From Cyanophyceae cyanobacterium (GTDB lineage: Bacteria > Cyanobacteriota > Cyanobacteriia > Cyanobacteriales > Laspinemataceae): a DNA stretch of 64,000 nt. Below are positions 20,490-31,969 of the stretch, in pieces (the first letter of the stretch is position 1; every line of letters begins with the position of its first letter). The DNA lies in NCBI GenBank assembly GCA_038321985.1, contig JBBQFN010000004.1:128001-192000 (forward strand), read 5' to 3'. The position numbers were made by a program, and so were the translations under genes. The notes under the pieces are model-generated. The model saw nothing but the letters and a program-made list of their open reading frames with translations, did no database searches and was not told the DNA's origin.

Positions 20490-20519
20490 AAAAAGCCTCC
20501 CTGGAAAGGGAGGCTTTTT
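20490..20519. terminator. Bidirectional terminator between tRNA-Thr and icd
   Basis: AAAAAGCCTCCCT-GGAA-AGGGAGGCTTTTT. Confidence 0.85.
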
Positions 20520-20536
20520 AGTCTTTTGCCAGTAGT

Positions 20537-21964
20537 CTAATCGTTGAAGTGGTTAATAATCGCGTCGGCAAACTCCGAACACTTGAGGGGTTTTTCCACT
20601 GGGGGTTCCATTAACCGTGCCAAATCGTAAGTCACTTCGCTGTTAGAAATGGCTCCACCAATGCCTATTTTAATCAGGTCGGCGGCTTCTTGCCATCCCA
20701 TATATTCCAGCATCATCACTCCGGAGAGGATGACAGAACCGGGATTAATGCGATCGAGACCCGCGTGTTTGGGTGCAGTGCCGTGAGTCGCCTCAAAAAT
20801 AGCGCATCGATCGCCAATATTGGCACCGGGTCCCATTCCCAATCCACCCACGATCGCCGCTGCTGCATCGGAGAGATAATCCCCGTTTAAATTCATCGTT
20901 GCCAGAATCGAATACTCATCGGGTCGGGTTTGGACTTGTTGGAAGATACTATCGGCAATGCGGTCATTGACCATAATTTTCTCTTTCCACTTGCGATCGC
21001 CGTGAGTCTCCCAGATGTCATCAAGCACCTGCTGGACTTCGGCGCAAACCACCGCCCGTTTTTCCTCCGTCAGTGCATCGTAACCCGGGTCAATCTGACG
21101 AGCATTCTCTTCGATACTCAGATCCGGGTTATTTTCTTTGTTGCTCAAAATCCAGGATTCCCGTTCCGTGACACACTCATCGCGAAACTCGCTGGTTGCC
21201 AGTTCATAACCCCAATCCCGGAAAGCCCCTTCGGTGTACTTCATAATATTGCCCTTATGGACTAAAGTCACCATTTGTTTGTCTTTCGGCAACCGTAAAG
21301 CGTGTTTAATCGCGCGGCGCACCAGACGTTGGGAATTGGTTTTGCTAATTGATTTAATCCCAATGCCAGAGTCTAAAAGAATTTGCTTTTTCCCATGTTC
21401 CGGGGTTTGGGGAATCAATTGATTATTGAGGATATCAATTAATTTCTCGCAAATTTCCGTACCTGCACGCCACTCAATGCCTAGATAAATATCTTCGGTA
21501 TTTTCCCGATAGACAATCACATTGAGTTGTTCAGGATGTTTATGAGGGGAAGGGGTCCCGGGATAATATTTACAAGGTCGCACACAGGCATAGAGGTCGT
21601 GAATCTGACGTAGGGCCACATTCAGGGAGCGAATTCCGCCACCCACAGGGGTTGTTAGAGGGCCTTTAATAGCGATGCCATATTCTGCGATCGCCTTGTT
21701 GGTATCCTCGGGCAAATATTGATAGGTGCCGTACTTTTCAAAGGCTTCATCTCCGGCGTAGATTTTAAACCAGCTAATTTTACGTTTGCCGCCATAAGCT
21801 GCTTCTACTGCAGCATCAAAAACTTTTTGGGAGGCAGGCCAAATATCAACCCCCGTCCCATCGCCGCGAATGAAGGGGATGATGGGGTTATCGGGAACAA
21901 TGGGTTCACCATTTTCAAAAGTAATGCGATCGCCAGTTGTCGGGGGAGTCAGTTTCTCGTACAT
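20537..21964 (-). CDS. icd: NADP-dependent isocitrate dehydrogenase
   Basis: [35 protein letters not shown] and EATHGTAPK motifs. Confidence 0.98.
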   Translation of the reverse strand: MYEKLTPPTTGDRITFENGEPIVPDNPIIPFIRGDGTGVDIWPASQKVFDAAVEAAYGGKRKISWFKIYAGDEAFEKYGTYQYLPEDTNKAIAEYGIAIKGPLTTPVGGGIRSLNVALRQIHDLYACVRPCKYYPGTPSPHKHPEQLNVIVYRENTEDIYLGIEWRAGTEICEKLIDILNNQLIPQTPEHGKKQILLDSGIGIKSISKTNSQRLVRRAIKHALRLPKDKQMVTLVHKGNIMKYTEGAFRDWGYELATSEFRDECVTERESWILSNKENNPDLSIEENARQIDPGYDALTEEKRAVVCAEVQQVLDDIWETHGDRKWKEKIMVNDRIADSIFQQVQTRPDEYSILATMNLNGDYLSDAAAAIVGGLGMGPGANIGDRCAIFEATHGTAPKHAGLDRINPGSVILSGVMMLEYMGWQEAADLIKIGIGGAISNSEVTYDLARLMEPPVEKPLKCSEFADAIINHFND

Positions 21965-22014
21965 AGTCCACTTACGGTTAAGTTGGGTTAAAGCTGAACC
22001 TTCAGCCTTTGAGT

Positions 22015-22056
22015 AGCGTATCAGAAGCCCTGGGATAAGCCGGTAATCAGTTTATC
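22015..22056 (-). promoter_or_regulatory. Candidate NtcA-type promoter of icd
   Basis: Minus strand GAT-N8-TAC-N22-TACGCT; spacing is canonical but the left half-site is not. Confidence 0.4.
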
Positions 22057-22126
22057 TTTTTCCCCCTCTATTCCCCCGGTTTGCTTCTGTAGAATTGAAG
22101 ACTTGATGCCTTTCGGGGAATTTCCC

Positions 22127-22170
22127 AAAAAAAATTCGGTCAGGCCCTGTATAAGGGGACTGACCGAATT
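22127..22170 (-). terminator. Intrinsic terminator of the PEP-CTERM gene
   Basis: AATTCGGTCAG / CTGACCGAATT stem with T-tract on the minus strand. Confidence 0.75.
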
Positions 22171-22239
22171 GATGAATTAGCTCTCTATGAATCGGACAAG
22201 GGTTCCTGAAACGTCATCTTGTCGCGATCGCCTCAGAGA

Positions 22240-22983
22240 TTAAGCATTTTTGTTCAGTTTGCGGCGACGTGCAGCCATCAAACCACCGGCACCGATCAAC
22301 AAACCACCCATCGTCATAGGTTCGGGGACAGCAACGGGGTCAGATGGACCAGCAGGAGTTTCAACGACTGGAGTTTCAACGACTGGAGTTTCCGCAACAA
22401 TTATTGGAGATTCACCAAGGGTTTTGCTGCTTAAATCACGATTACCACCCAGCGTGCCAACGCTCATCAGACGGACGCCGAAGGTGCTTTCGCTAAAGGA
22501 ACTCAGACTCAAACCCGTTCCAGAGATAGTAAAGGTGGTCGTTCGGAAGTCATCACCATTGGCAATTCCTTGCTTCCCAATTTCTAACCCCGTGCTAAAA
22601 CTCGCGTCAGCACCGGTAAGATTTGCACTATTACCGATTGAGCCAAAGCTATTCGATGCACCGCTGAGGGCCGTAATATCAGTACCAGAAATCGTGGCGC
22701 TTGAGGGCAGATTCAAGAAGACACCGCGCAGGTCACCAATATATCCAGTGGGTCCTGCGACGACATTGACCGTAGCTTGGATGACACCTGGAGCAGTCTC
22801 GGTCAGAGTAATATCGACTGTAGGATAGTTGCTAGTGTTGGTGTTCGTTGCGTCCGTCAGATTAAAGGTGACTGGATTTGCGGTTGCGGGTGCAGCGAGG
22901 AAAGCGACAGAGGCTAAGACGAAACCGGCAGAAGTCAGAATAGATTTGCTCAGAACGGAAGTAAAAGTTAAATTAGTAATCAT
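22240..22983 (-). CDS. PEP-CTERM sorting-domain surface protein
   Basis: Signal-peptide-like N-terminus (..APATA); Ser/Thr/Gly-rich body; ETPVV repeats; VPEP, TM helix, RRRK tail. Confidence 0.92.
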   Translation of the reverse strand: MITNLTFTSVLSKSILTSAGFVLASVAFLAAPATANPVTFNLTDATNTNTSNYPTVDITLTETAPGVIQATVNVVAGPTGYIGDLRGVFLNLPSSATISGTDITALSGASNSFGSIGNSANLTGADASFSTGLEIGKQGIANGDDFRTTTFTISGTGLSLSSFSESTFGVRLMSVGTLGGNRDLSSKTLGESPIIVAETPVVETPVVETPAGPSDPVAVPEPMTMGGLLIGAGGLMAARRRKLNKNA

Positions 22984-24241
22984 GGTTTGACACCTTGCAG
23001 TTTAGAGTTAAGCAGGAGCGGCGGGTCAAGAGATAACTTTGTGTTTAGCTTCAGGTCTCTTGGGCTGATATCTCTGATTATTACCTGACCTTTCTTGATC
23101 GTCTAGGGGGTAAGGTCATTCTTTATCTAAACAAAATACTAGGGTCGGTGTTTTTAAAGATTGAAGCAAGTAGCTCAAAGATACGCTGTTTTACGGATGC
23201 CTAACTCTTGGAAATGTGCATTATATGAATTAGATCCGAGAAAACACTGAGAAAAGGATATTGTCGGGGAATTTTTTATTCGGACTAGAACGGAGAAACT
23301 TTACACTCTGTTTCAAACCGGACAGTTTAGCTAGAGGAAGGGGTTTTTTCTTCTACCCCCATACTACTCTTTTATCCCTTGATCTGCAAGGTGACTGGCT
23401 CTAATCTTCTAGGGTTGAAGCCCTTCCCAGGCCAGTATTCTCTGAATTTGAGTAGCCTGGCCACTTCGTCACAGGGCTTTATAAAACGATTGACTCAGTT
23501 TGCCTAAAGGCTAGAAAGATGGGACAGGACTTCACCGGGGTTAGGTTCCCCTGATTTGATTTTAAACGGGATTAGGAATTGTGGAGGATAGGCGATTTTA
23601 CAGTTGAGGCGATCGCCTCAATTATAAAAGCACTCTTAAATTTTCGAGGTTTTTAAAAGAAAAGCTGATAATCAATGTAAAAATGCTTAACTCTTACCCT
23701 TAAACCGGCTAATTAAAATCGTCTAGTTTGCCAGAAGTCAACCCCTGAACTGGTGGATAATATTGTGACAAATTCTCGCAATCAAACGGTCACCTTTCGT
23801 GAGAGTGAACCCAGGTAGTAGCCCCCGACACTAGCCAACCTAGAAACAGAATCAAAAGCCCCAAGATTCAACCCGATTAAATCTGACCTCCTAATTCGGA
23901 ATAGCCGAACCCCCAGATTTCACACCCAACAGCTTAAAAAAGGGGATTTTGAGATTTTTGCTAATTTGCTCTAGTCAAGAGAAGGGAGAAAATGGGGGAG
24001 AAGCGCTGCTGTGCCGCTCTTCAGAAGGAGATTGCTCGGGTCCTCAAACAAAATTGACGGCTTCAAAGAATGCTAAACTGTGATCCGGTGGGTCAAAACA
24101 CTCAAAAGTGCAACAGGGCGATCGCCGCCTTTCCCAAAATTCCGGGGAGTATTTGAGAGCGATCGCAGTGAATCTCTAGAAGAACTGAGCTAGGGAACAG
24201 ATGATTTAAGATAAAAGCTAATTGTCGCAATTTCCTAGTCC

Positions 24242-25393
24242 ATGACCCACATTCTTGTGATTGATGACGATCCGACTATTCGCGTCGTGTTGGCGAGGTC
24301 CTTGCAAAAACAGGGGTATCACGTTGCCGTTGCCAGTAATGGTCAAGAAGGAATGGAACAAGCCTATCGATTATGGCCGGCGTTAATCATTTGTGACTGG
24401 ATGATGCCGGTGATGGATGGGTTGGAAGTTTGCCGGCAGATCAAAGCGCATCCGGAATTATCCAACACCTATTTTATTTTGTTAACTTCGCGCGGCGCAA
24501 CGGAAGATCGGATCGTCGGACTGGATACGGGTGCGGATGAATTTCTCTCTAAACCGATTGAAATTAACGAATTAAATGCCCGAGTTAGAGCCGGACTGAG
24601 GATTTATCAGCTCACCCACGATTTGCGCAACTCAAAGCGAGCTTTAGAAGCGGAACTGGCGGAAGCGGCAGATTACGTGCGATCGCTCCTGCCTTCTCCC
24701 CTCAATGGCGCTGTCGCGATCGCTAACCGCTTTATTCCCTCTCGTCAACTCGGTGGCGATTGTTTTGACTACTACTGGCTGGACTCGGAAAACTTAGTCC
24801 TTTACCTGCTTGATGTAGCGGGTCATGGTTTAGCGGCAACCCTCCCCTCGGTTTCCGTCTTAAATTTGTTACGTTCCCACTCCCAAATTGGCTTTGACTT
24901 TACCCAACCGGCTTCGGTTTTAACCGAATTAAACAAATACTTTCAAATGGACCTACAACAAGATAAGTATTTTACGATCTGGTATGGCGTTTATAACCGT
25001 ACCCGAAACACCTTGTTGTATTCCAGTGCGGGTCATCCCCCAGCTTTATTATTGTCTGGAATTCGAGGAATGCCGCCCTCTCTGCAACCACTTAAAACCC
25101 AAGGTTTACCCATTGGAATGTTTCCTGACGCCCAATATACCCAAGATGTCTGTCCGATTGCTACACCCAGTACCCTATATGTTTTTAGTGATGGGGTGTA
25201 TGAAATTAATCAGCCCGATGGCACCCTCTGGGGTCTGGATGCCTTCAGTAATCTGCTCACGTATTATTGGCAAAAAAATGGCCGGGATATTGATGGGTTG
25301 TTAGCTCGCATCCGGAGTTTAAATCTCAACCCGACCTTTGATGATGACTTCTCGTTGCTCCAGGTAGAGTTTATGGAAAAAGGCTCTCCCTAA
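24242..25393 (+). CDS. Response regulator fused to a PP2C/SpoIIE phosphatase (RsbU/RsbY-like)
   Basis: REC domain (VIDDD, CDWMMP, SKP); LGGD, DVAGHG, SAGHPP, FSDG and DDFS motifs. Confidence 0.93.
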   Translation: MTHILVIDDDPTIRVVLARSLQKQGYHVAVASNGQEGMEQAYRLWPALIICDWMMPVMDGLEVCRQIKAHPELSNTYFILLTSRGATEDRIVGLDTGADEFLSKPIEINELNARVRAGLRIYQLTHDLRNSKRALEAELAEAADYVRSLLPSPLNGAVAIANRFIPSRQLGGDCFDYYWLDSENLVLYLLDVAGHGLAATLPSVSVLNLLRSHSQIGFDFTQPASVLTELNKYFQMDLQQDKYFTIWYGVYNRTRNTLLYSSAGHPPALLLSGIRGMPPSLQPLKTQGLPIGMFPDAQYTQDVCPIATPSTLYVFSDGVYEINQPDGTLWGLDAFSNLLTYYWQKNGRDIDGLLARIRSLNLNPTFDDDFSLLQVEFMEKGSP

Positions 25394-25421
25394 AAAACTT
25401 ACACGGATCGCCTCGCGCTAT

Positions 25422-25769
25422 TTAGGTTGCCGATTTGACTTCCTGTTCAAAGGTTTCTTCGTTGGCATACACTTGGAAAACCCGGTCCATACTGGTCAGT
25501 TCAAATAACATTCTGACCTGATCGTTAATTGAACAAATCACCATTTTGCCGCCGGCGGTTCGCACCATTTTAAGTGCGGAAACTAAAGCCCCTAGACCTG
25601 AACTATCAATAAACGTTACGTCCTGAAGATTAACTAGGACGATATTGGCGTGTTTGTCAAGGCGATCGCGGACTTCACGGCGAAATACATTAGCTTGGGT
25701 ACCGTCTAAAATGCCAGTCGGGCGAACGACTTCAAACTTAATATCCGAACTCATTGGATTGTTACTCAT
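25422..25769 (-). CDS. STAS-domain anti-sigma factor antagonist (RsbV/SpoIIAA-like)
   Basis: VTFIDSSGLGALV with phosphorylatable Ser; start at 25769 or 25754. Confidence 0.9.
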   Translation of the reverse strand: MSNNPMSSDIKFEVVRPTGILDGTQANVFRREVRDRLDKHANIVLVNLQDVTFIDSSGLGALVSALKMVRTAGGKMVICSINDQVRMLFELTSMDRVFQVYANEETFEQEVKSAT

Positions 25770-25898
25770 AAAGATAATAGTTGGCTTGCGCGCTGTTTTT
25801 TTCTCTGAATGAGAAAATAATAACAATTCAGTCCCGTCTAAGAATAGCAAGTCATGGATAATTAACCGGATTATCCATGACCCCACCTTCAAAAAACC

Positions 25899-27689
25899 CT
25901 AGACCTGTTTAGGCTTAAACGTAGAAGCCACGTGCAACTCCTTCAACTGAATCCCTTCGATAGAAGCCGGTGCACTGGTTAACAGACATCGAGCTTGCTG
26001 GGTTTTCGGGAAGGCAATCACATCTCGAATCGACTCTTCTGAGGCTAACAACATTACCAAGCGGTCTAAACCATAGGCAATGCCGCCGTGGGGAGGAGTT
26101 CCATACTCAAAGGCTTCTAATAAAAAGCCAAACTTGTTATAGGCCTCTTCCGTTGATAACCCGATCGCTGCAAAGACCTGTTCCTGAATCTCACGCTGAT
26201 AAATCCGCAGACTACCCCCGCCAATTTCCAACCCGTTGTAAACCAAGTCATACGCTTGAGCCCGAGCAGTTTTTAGATCATCAATATCTTCCGGGTGGGG
26301 AGCGGTAAACGGGTGATGAATCGCCTCTAAACGTTTCTCATCCGCGTTCCATTCAAACATGGGAAAATCAGTGACCCACAGCAGATTAATTTTGCTCTCA
26401 TCGATCGCACCCAATTGACGGGCGATCGCTTGACGGAGGCGATCGAGGGTTTTATTTACCGTCGCCGTATCTCCCGCCCCAAACAACAGTAAATCTCCCG
26501 ATTGCGCCCCCGTGCGCGAGAGCAACTCCTGCTTATGTTCCTCGCTTAAATTATCTTTAATTGCCCCAATGGTATCGATTTCCCCGTTATCTTTAACGCG
26601 GATATAAGCCAAGCCTTTCGCCCCAGCTTCTGCGGCTTCTTTGAATAAATCCCCACTGGGTTTGATGCGGACATTAGAAATAGCACTATTGCCACCGGGA
26701 ACCGGCAGCACTTTAACAATACCACCGGCAGCAATTGCGCCAGAGAATACTTTAAAGCCGGACTCTTTCATCAAATCCGAGACATCCACCAATTCCATGC
26801 CATAGCGGGTATCGGGGCGATCGGTGCCGTACCGTAACATAGCCTCGGCGTAGGTTAAACGGGGGAAAGGACGAGGGAGGTCAATCCCCTTGACCGTTTT
26901 AAAGATATGGCAAACTAAAGATTCATTTAGCTGAAGAATTTCTTCTTGGGACATGAAACTCATTTCCATGTCAAGCTGAGTAAATTCCGGTTGGCGATCG
27001 GCCCGCAAATCTTCATCTCGGAAGCATCGGGCGATTTGATAGTAGCGATCCAACCCCGAGACCATTAACAACTGTTTGAATAACTGCGGCGACTGCGGCA
27101 AGGCAAACCATTCCCCGGGATTAACCCGGGACGGCACCAGATAGTCCCGAGCACCTTCTGGGGTAGAACGGGTCAGCATCGGGGTTTCGATTTCAATAAA
27201 ATCATATTCGTCTTCAAGGAAGCGGCGCATAGCTTTGACCACTTGATGGCGCAGCTGTAGATTGCGCGACATCCGTTCGCGACGGAGATCTAAATAGCGA
27301 TATTTAAGGCGTAATTCCTCCCGCACCACTTCCGTTTGTCCACTGGAAACCTGGAACGGCATCAGTTTATGGACAGCGTTGAGTAATTCGATGCGATCGA
27401 CGTAGATTTCTATTTCTCCCGTCGGTAAATTGGGATTTAAGGAATCGCTAGGACGTGAGCTGACCCGTCCGGTGATGCGGAGGACATATTCATTGCGGAT
27501 GGTTTCCGCATCTTTGTAGGAGTCTGGGGTGCGCTCTGGGTCGGATACGATTTGGACGATGCCACTGCGATCTCGCAAATCCAAGAAAATGACTCCACCA
27601 TGATCTCGTCGGCGGTCTACCCATCCACACAGAGTGACAGTTTCTCCAATATGTTCGCTTCGGAGTTGGCCGCAATAGTAGGTTCGCAT
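25899..27689 (-). CDS. aspS: Aspartate--tRNA ligase
   Basis: [34 protein letters not shown] and [12 protein letters not shown] motifs. Confidence 0.99.
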   Translation of the reverse strand: MRTYYCGQLRSEHIGETVTLCGWVDRRRDHGGVIFLDLRDRSGIVQIVSDPERTPDSYKDAETIRNEYVLRITGRVSSRPSDSLNPNLPTGEIEIYVDRIELLNAVHKLMPFQVSSGQTEVVREELRLKYRYLDLRRERMSRNLQLRHQVVKAMRRFLEDEYDFIEIETPMLTRSTPEGARDYLVPSRVNPGEWFALPQSPQLFKQLLMVSGLDRYYQIARCFRDEDLRADRQPEFTQLDMEMSFMSQEEILQLNESLVCHIFKTVKGIDLPRPFPRLTYAEAMLRYGTDRPDTRYGMELVDVSDLMKESGFKVFSGAIAAGGIVKVLPVPGGNSAISNVRIKPSGDLFKEAAEAGAKGLAYIRVKDNGEIDTIGAIKDNLSEEHKQELLSRTGAQSGDLLLFGAGDTATVNKTLDRLRQAIARQLGAIDESKINLLWVTDFPMFEWNADEKRLEAIHHPFTAPHPEDIDDLKTARAQAYDLVYNGLEIGGGSLRIYQREIQEQVFAAIGLSTEEAYNKFGFLLEAFEYGTPPHGGIAYGLDRLVMLLASEESIRDVIAFPKTQQARCLLTSAPASIEGIQLKELHVASTFKPKQV

Positions 27690-27910
27690 GGTGGTCGCTT
27701 TACAATTCAGACGTAATGAGTGAACAAGTGAACGGCTAGAATGCCTCCGTTCTAGGGGTTCCGTGAGGGTCGCATTCTAAGGATGGAATGCGTAGCAATT
27801 GCTGATTATAGGGTTCTTTCAAACAGACAACAGAGGCAAACCTTTAAAATCTAGCACGAACGGGTCATTGTGATGGAATATTCCAGAAGGATACCCTTAG
27901 AAATAGGGAT

Positions 27911-27946
27911 AAAAAATAGAGGGCGACCAATGGGCCGCCCTCTATT
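27911..27946 (-). terminator. Intrinsic terminator
   Basis: AATAGAGGGCG / CGCCCTCTATT stem with T-tract on the minus strand. Confidence 0.7.
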
Positions 27947-27971
27947 GTCGGGGGTTTAGGCAAAGAGTTGC

Positions 27972-28385
27972 CTAGGAATTGGGAGGGGTGCCGGAGGGAT
28001 TGAACAGGGAGTCCCAGGCATCCTTAGCAGCTTGGGCGAGGCGATCGCCCAGTTCGCTCATTTCACTCAGGATATTCTCCCAGTTTTGCTTAACATCCAT
28101 TTCCATCAGTTTGATGGTGTAGGCAATGCGTTCTGGATCCATAAGGCGATCGCGTTCAATGGACTCTCGGGCTTGTTCCACCGCGCTGAGATAGGCTTCT
28201 GCCGTAAATTTGCTGGCCCCTTGAATTTCGGCCTGTGCTCTGCGTTTGATTGCTTCAAAGAGGGCCATCGTTTCCTGTTGCACCTGGGCGGTGGCATCAG
28301 GCATTTCTTTTTCTACCAAGGCTTTAGTCTCGGGAGTCACTTCCACGATTGCGCGTTCTTTAGGCACTTGAGCTTCATCGTTCAT
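27972..28385 (-). CDS. Hypothetical alpha-helical protein
   Basis: 137-aa ORF with AGGAG RBS and its own terminator. Confidence 0.75.
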   Translation of the reverse strand: MNDEAQVPKERAIVEVTPETKALVEKEMPDATAQVQQETMALFEAIKRRAQAEIQGASKFTAEAYLSAVEQARESIERDRLMDPERIAYTIKLMEMDVKQNWENILSEMSELGDRLAQAAKDAWDSLFNPSGTPPNS

Positions 28386-28678
28386 GGTTCTGTCTCCTAT
28401 TCGATTGGATAACTTGCCTCTAGCTTAGCGGCTAACGCTAGAGGCCCAAAAGGGCAACCAGGGAGCGCCGGCATTTGATCACAAATGTGGGGCGCTATTG
28501 TCATTGTATCGATGCCCTGGGTAAGCCACAGGTAGAAAACGCCCCTGTGGGGATACGGATTTGCTCACCTTGTTGTGAAGGTATTGAGTTCTATTCTGAA
28601 AGGAAACAATACTTCTGGAGCAAACCTGGGGATAATAAGTTTGAACACACGTGAGGCCATAGGGAGGAGCTTGAATCG

Positions 28679-30451
28679 GTGGTGCCTGCCAGCAAAACCA
28701 GAAATCGTGCTTTATTAAACGCAATTCCCGATGCCATCTTCTGGATCCATAAAGATGGCACCTGCCTTGATTACCAACCGCCCAAGAACTTTACCCTATG
28801 GACGGGTTGTGGAAATCAAGTGCAAGTGTTGCAGCCTGAAGGGATAGAAAATTTTAGCGATCGCATCTATATCGGCAAGAAGTGGTGGGAAATTTGGCCT
28901 TTAGAGGTGATTCAGCAATGTCGGGAATTTCTAGAACGAGCGATCGCAACCGGAATTCAACAAATATTTGAACTGGAATTAACCGGCAAAGATTGTGTAT
29001 GTTCCATTCAATTTCCCGCTTTGGGTTCCCGGATTTCCAATCCTTATTTACGGTCAATCCATGAAATTAAAATTGTCCCCAGTAGTAACGATGAAGTCTT
29101 AGTCCTAGTCCGGGATATTACTCAGATTAAACAAACTGAGGCCCAACTTCGCTATGAGCTTGAACGGAAAGCCCTACAATTAAATCAGACTGCCTTAGCG
29201 TTAGAAGCAGAAAAAGCCCATCGCCAGCAGATTGAAGAAATCTTAGCCTTTACCCAGTTTTCCCTCAATCGCGCTGGCGATGCAGTTTTTTGGGTCAACT
29301 CCAATGCCCAGTTTTTTTATGTGAATGAAGCCGCTTGTTTGTCTTTAGGCTATTCCCGAGAAGAACTAATTTTAATGACGATTCACGACATTAATTTAGA
29401 TTTACCTAAAAATGTTTGGGCGGATTATTGGGATGAAATTAAACAGCATGGTTCATTTACAATCGAATGTTCTCATCAGACAAAAGACGGTAGAAAATTT
29501 CTAGTAGAAAGTACAGTTAATTATCTAGAATTCAATGGAAAAGAATATAACTGTATTTTGGCGCGGGATATTACCGAGCGCAAACAAGTGGAAGCGCAGT
29601 TGCTAGAAGCGAAAGCAGAGGCTGAAGCCGCTAACCGCGCCAAAAGTACCTTTTTGGCAAATATGAGCCACGAACTGAGAACCCCGCTTAATGCCATTAT
29701 TGGTTATAGTGAACTGCTGCAAGAAGATGCTCGGGATATCGGCATTAACGATTTAGATTTTCTAGATGACCTGCGCTCGATCAATACGGCGGGAAAGCAT
29801 CTACTGGCTCTGATTGGAGATATTTTGGATTACTCTAAAATTGAAGCGGGAAAAATGCAATTATTGCTAGAGTCATTTGATTTAGAGAAGGCGATCGTGC
29901 AAATTTGTCGCACCGCTCAACCCTTGGTAGAAAAAAATTTAAACCAATTGGTTGTGACGTTTAGCGGGGAATTGGGTCCGATGTACGCTGACTTGACCAA
30001 GATGCGACAAATTCTCTTCAATTTACTCAGTAATGCAGCTAAATTTACCCAAAAGGGGAAGATTGAAATCGCCGTGACGAAAGAACCCCGGAGTGCGATT
30101 TCTCTGTCCGTCATCCCGGGTCGAGAATTAAGTCAAAATGAGTTATGTGTGGTGTTCCGAATCACGGATACAGGGATTGGCATGAGTCAAGAACAGTTAA
30201 ATAATTTGTTTCAAGCCTTTATGCAGGCGGATGCCTCCACCACCCGAGAGTATGGGGGTACAGGGTTAGGATTAGCAATTAGTCGATTGTTTTCTCAGAT
30301 GATGGGAGGAGATATTTTAGTAACCAGTGAATTGGGAGGGGGTTCAACGTTTACCGTTTATCTACCTCTACAAGTTAAGTTGCCTGAATTGGATGATGAA
30401 AATGACTGGCAGGTAACCGCTGTTCCCGAAGGGGTGATCTGTCAAGAATAA
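28679..30451 (+). CDS. PAS-domain sensor histidine kinase (orphan)
   Basis: Two PAS/PAC segments (RDITQIK, RDITERK); H-box MSHELRTPLN; NLLSNAAKF; DTGIG; GGTGLGL. Confidence 0.93.
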   Translation: MVPASKTRNRALLNAIPDAIFWIHKDGTCLDYQPPKNFTLWTGCGNQVQVLQPEGIENFSDRIYIGKKWWEIWPLEVIQQCREFLERAIATGIQQIFELELTGKDCVCSIQFPALGSRISNPYLRSIHEIKIVPSSNDEVLVLVRDITQIKQTEAQLRYELERKALQLNQTALALEAEKAHRQQIEEILAFTQFSLNRAGDAVFWVNSNAQFFYVNEAACLSLGYSREELILMTIHDINLDLPKNVWADYWDEIKQHGSFTIECSHQTKDGRKFLVESTVNYLEFNGKEYNCILARDITERKQVEAQLLEAKAEAEAANRAKSTFLANMSHELRTPLNAIIGYSELLQEDARDIGINDLDFLDDLRSINTAGKHLLALIGDILDYSKIEAGKMQLLLESFDLEKAIVQICRTAQPLVEKNLNQLVVTFSGELGPMYADLTKMRQILFNLLSNAAKFTQKGKIEIAVTKEPRSAISLSVIPGRELSQNELCVVFRITDTGIGMSQEQLNNLFQAFMQADASTTREYGGTGLGLAISRLFSQMMGGDILVTSELGGGSTFTVYLPLQVKLPELDDENDWQVTAVPEGVICQE

Positions 30452-30623
30452 TCGGGGGAGGAGGGGGCGATCGCCTCTTTCACCCCCTCCTCCCCCGCTG
30501 ACACCCGGTCTTCTTGTAAACCACTTCACACAGTCATTAGCCTTTTTTATAGTATGGAATACACACAACCGTATCCTCAATTGCATAGAATCGCAGTGTT
30601 AACCGCGATCGGGAAAACTGGAA

Positions 30624-31811
30624 ATGACAGATACGGGATGGACCATGACGAGCTTCCTCTCGCAACCAGAAGAGCAAAACGATAAGAACGAGGAGTCATA
30701 CCTCGATTACTGCTATGACCAACCTGGTAGTATCCCGGGTACCCTAATTATTGAAGAAAATGCGGTAGTCCCCACCATTGTTTTGATCGACTACAACGAA
30801 AAAAAGGCCACGCGCTTGGTACTGGCAACACCAGAAGAATGCATCCCCCACTTAGACAGCGAGTCTGTTTCCTGGGTAGACGTGCAGGGTTTAGGGAGCG
30901 AAAATATTTTAAAGCGAATTGGTCAAGTCTTTGACTTACATCCCCTGCTTTTAGAAGATATCGTCAACGTCCCCCAACGACCCAAAGTCGAAGACTACGA
31001 AGCTCAGTTGGTGATTATTGCTCGCATGGTGATGCTCAAAGAAGGTCGTCACGATCCCACGGAGGAAAGTTTTATCACCGAACAAGTGAGTTTTGTGCTG
31101 GGTAAATTTTACCTGCTGACGGTGCAGGAGGAGCCAGAACACGATAGTTTTGGTCCAGTACGCGAGCGCATTCGCAACAATAAAGGTACGATTCGTAAAC
31201 AAGGGGTGGATTATCTGGCCTATACTCTCTTAGATGCCATTATTGATGGATTTTTCCCTGTTCTGGAAGCCTACGGGGAGCGCATTGAAGATTTAGAGGA
31301 TGAAGTAGTGGCAAACCCTACACCCCGCACCATTGAAAAAATCTATAAAATCAAACGAGAGTTGCTCACCTTGCGTCGGGCAATTTGGCCCCAGCGAAAT
31401 GCTATCAATGCTCTGATTCGAGACGGCAGTCCCTTGATTTCTGAGGAGGTTCGCATTTATCTACGGGACTGTTACGATCATACGATTCAGGTTTTAGATA
31501 TTGTGGAAACCTATCGGGAACTCGCCGGGGGGTTGATGGAGGTTTATCTCTCTTCGGTGAGCAACCGCATGAATGAAGTGATGAAACTGTTAACGGTGAT
31601 TTCATCTATTTTTATTCCCCTAACCTTTATTGCGGGGGTTTATGGAATGAACTTCAATCCCGAAGCCTCACCGTTGAATATGCCCGAACTTAACTCGTAT
31701 TGGGGCTATCCAGCAGTTTTGGCCGTGATGATGGCGATCGCGGCTGGTATGATTTTTCTATTTTGGCGTCGGGGGTGGTTTAATAACTTTTCCACAAAGC
31801 CCCGGGATTGA
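30624..31811 (+). CDS. corA: Magnesium/cobalt transporter CorA
   Basis: LHPLLLEDI..VPQRPK; YGMNF signature; MPEL loop. Confidence 0.96.
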   Translation: MTDTGWTMTSFLSQPEEQNDKNEESYLDYCYDQPGSIPGTLIIEENAVVPTIVLIDYNEKKATRLVLATPEECIPHLDSESVSWVDVQGLGSENILKRIGQVFDLHPLLLEDIVNVPQRPKVEDYEAQLVIIARMVMLKEGRHDPTEESFITEQVSFVLGKFYLLTVQEEPEHDSFGPVRERIRNNKGTIRKQGVDYLAYTLLDAIIDGFFPVLEAYGERIEDLEDEVVANPTPRTIEKIYKIKRELLTLRRAIWPQRNAINALIRDGSPLISEEVRIYLRDCYDHTIQVLDIVETYRELAGGLMEVYLSSVSNRMNEVMKLLTVISSIFIPLTFIAGVYGMNFNPEASPLNMPELNSYWGYPAVLAVMMAIAAGMIFLFWRRGWFNNFSTKPRD

Positions 31812-31835
31812 GCATGATTTCAGAAGAATGAAAGA

Positions 31836-31969
31836 TCTAGCCGTTCCTACAGTTATGAGGTACATTTTTGGAGAGTGCACTAGCGCAGCCGGTGGGGAGT
31901 GCGAGCAAGATGCTCGCACTCCTCATACCTAAGAGCTATCTGTACCTCATGAGTCGGGGAAACACTATA
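31836..31969. mobile_element. MITE-like element, copy B
   Basis: TAGCCGTTCC..AGTTATGAGGTACA / TGTACCTCATGAGTCGGGGAAACACTATA ends; core GGAGTGCGAGCAAGATGCTCGCACTCC. Confidence 0.65.

Noticed and set aside
20960..21180. Extra segment in Icd as a novel insertion
   Set aside because: A ~475-aa Icd with this insertion is normal for cyanobacteria and it has no intein motifs.
23170..23780. NtcA-like site at 23170 and CRP-like site at 23764
   Set aside because: Half-site spacing is off by one base in both (N9 and N7).
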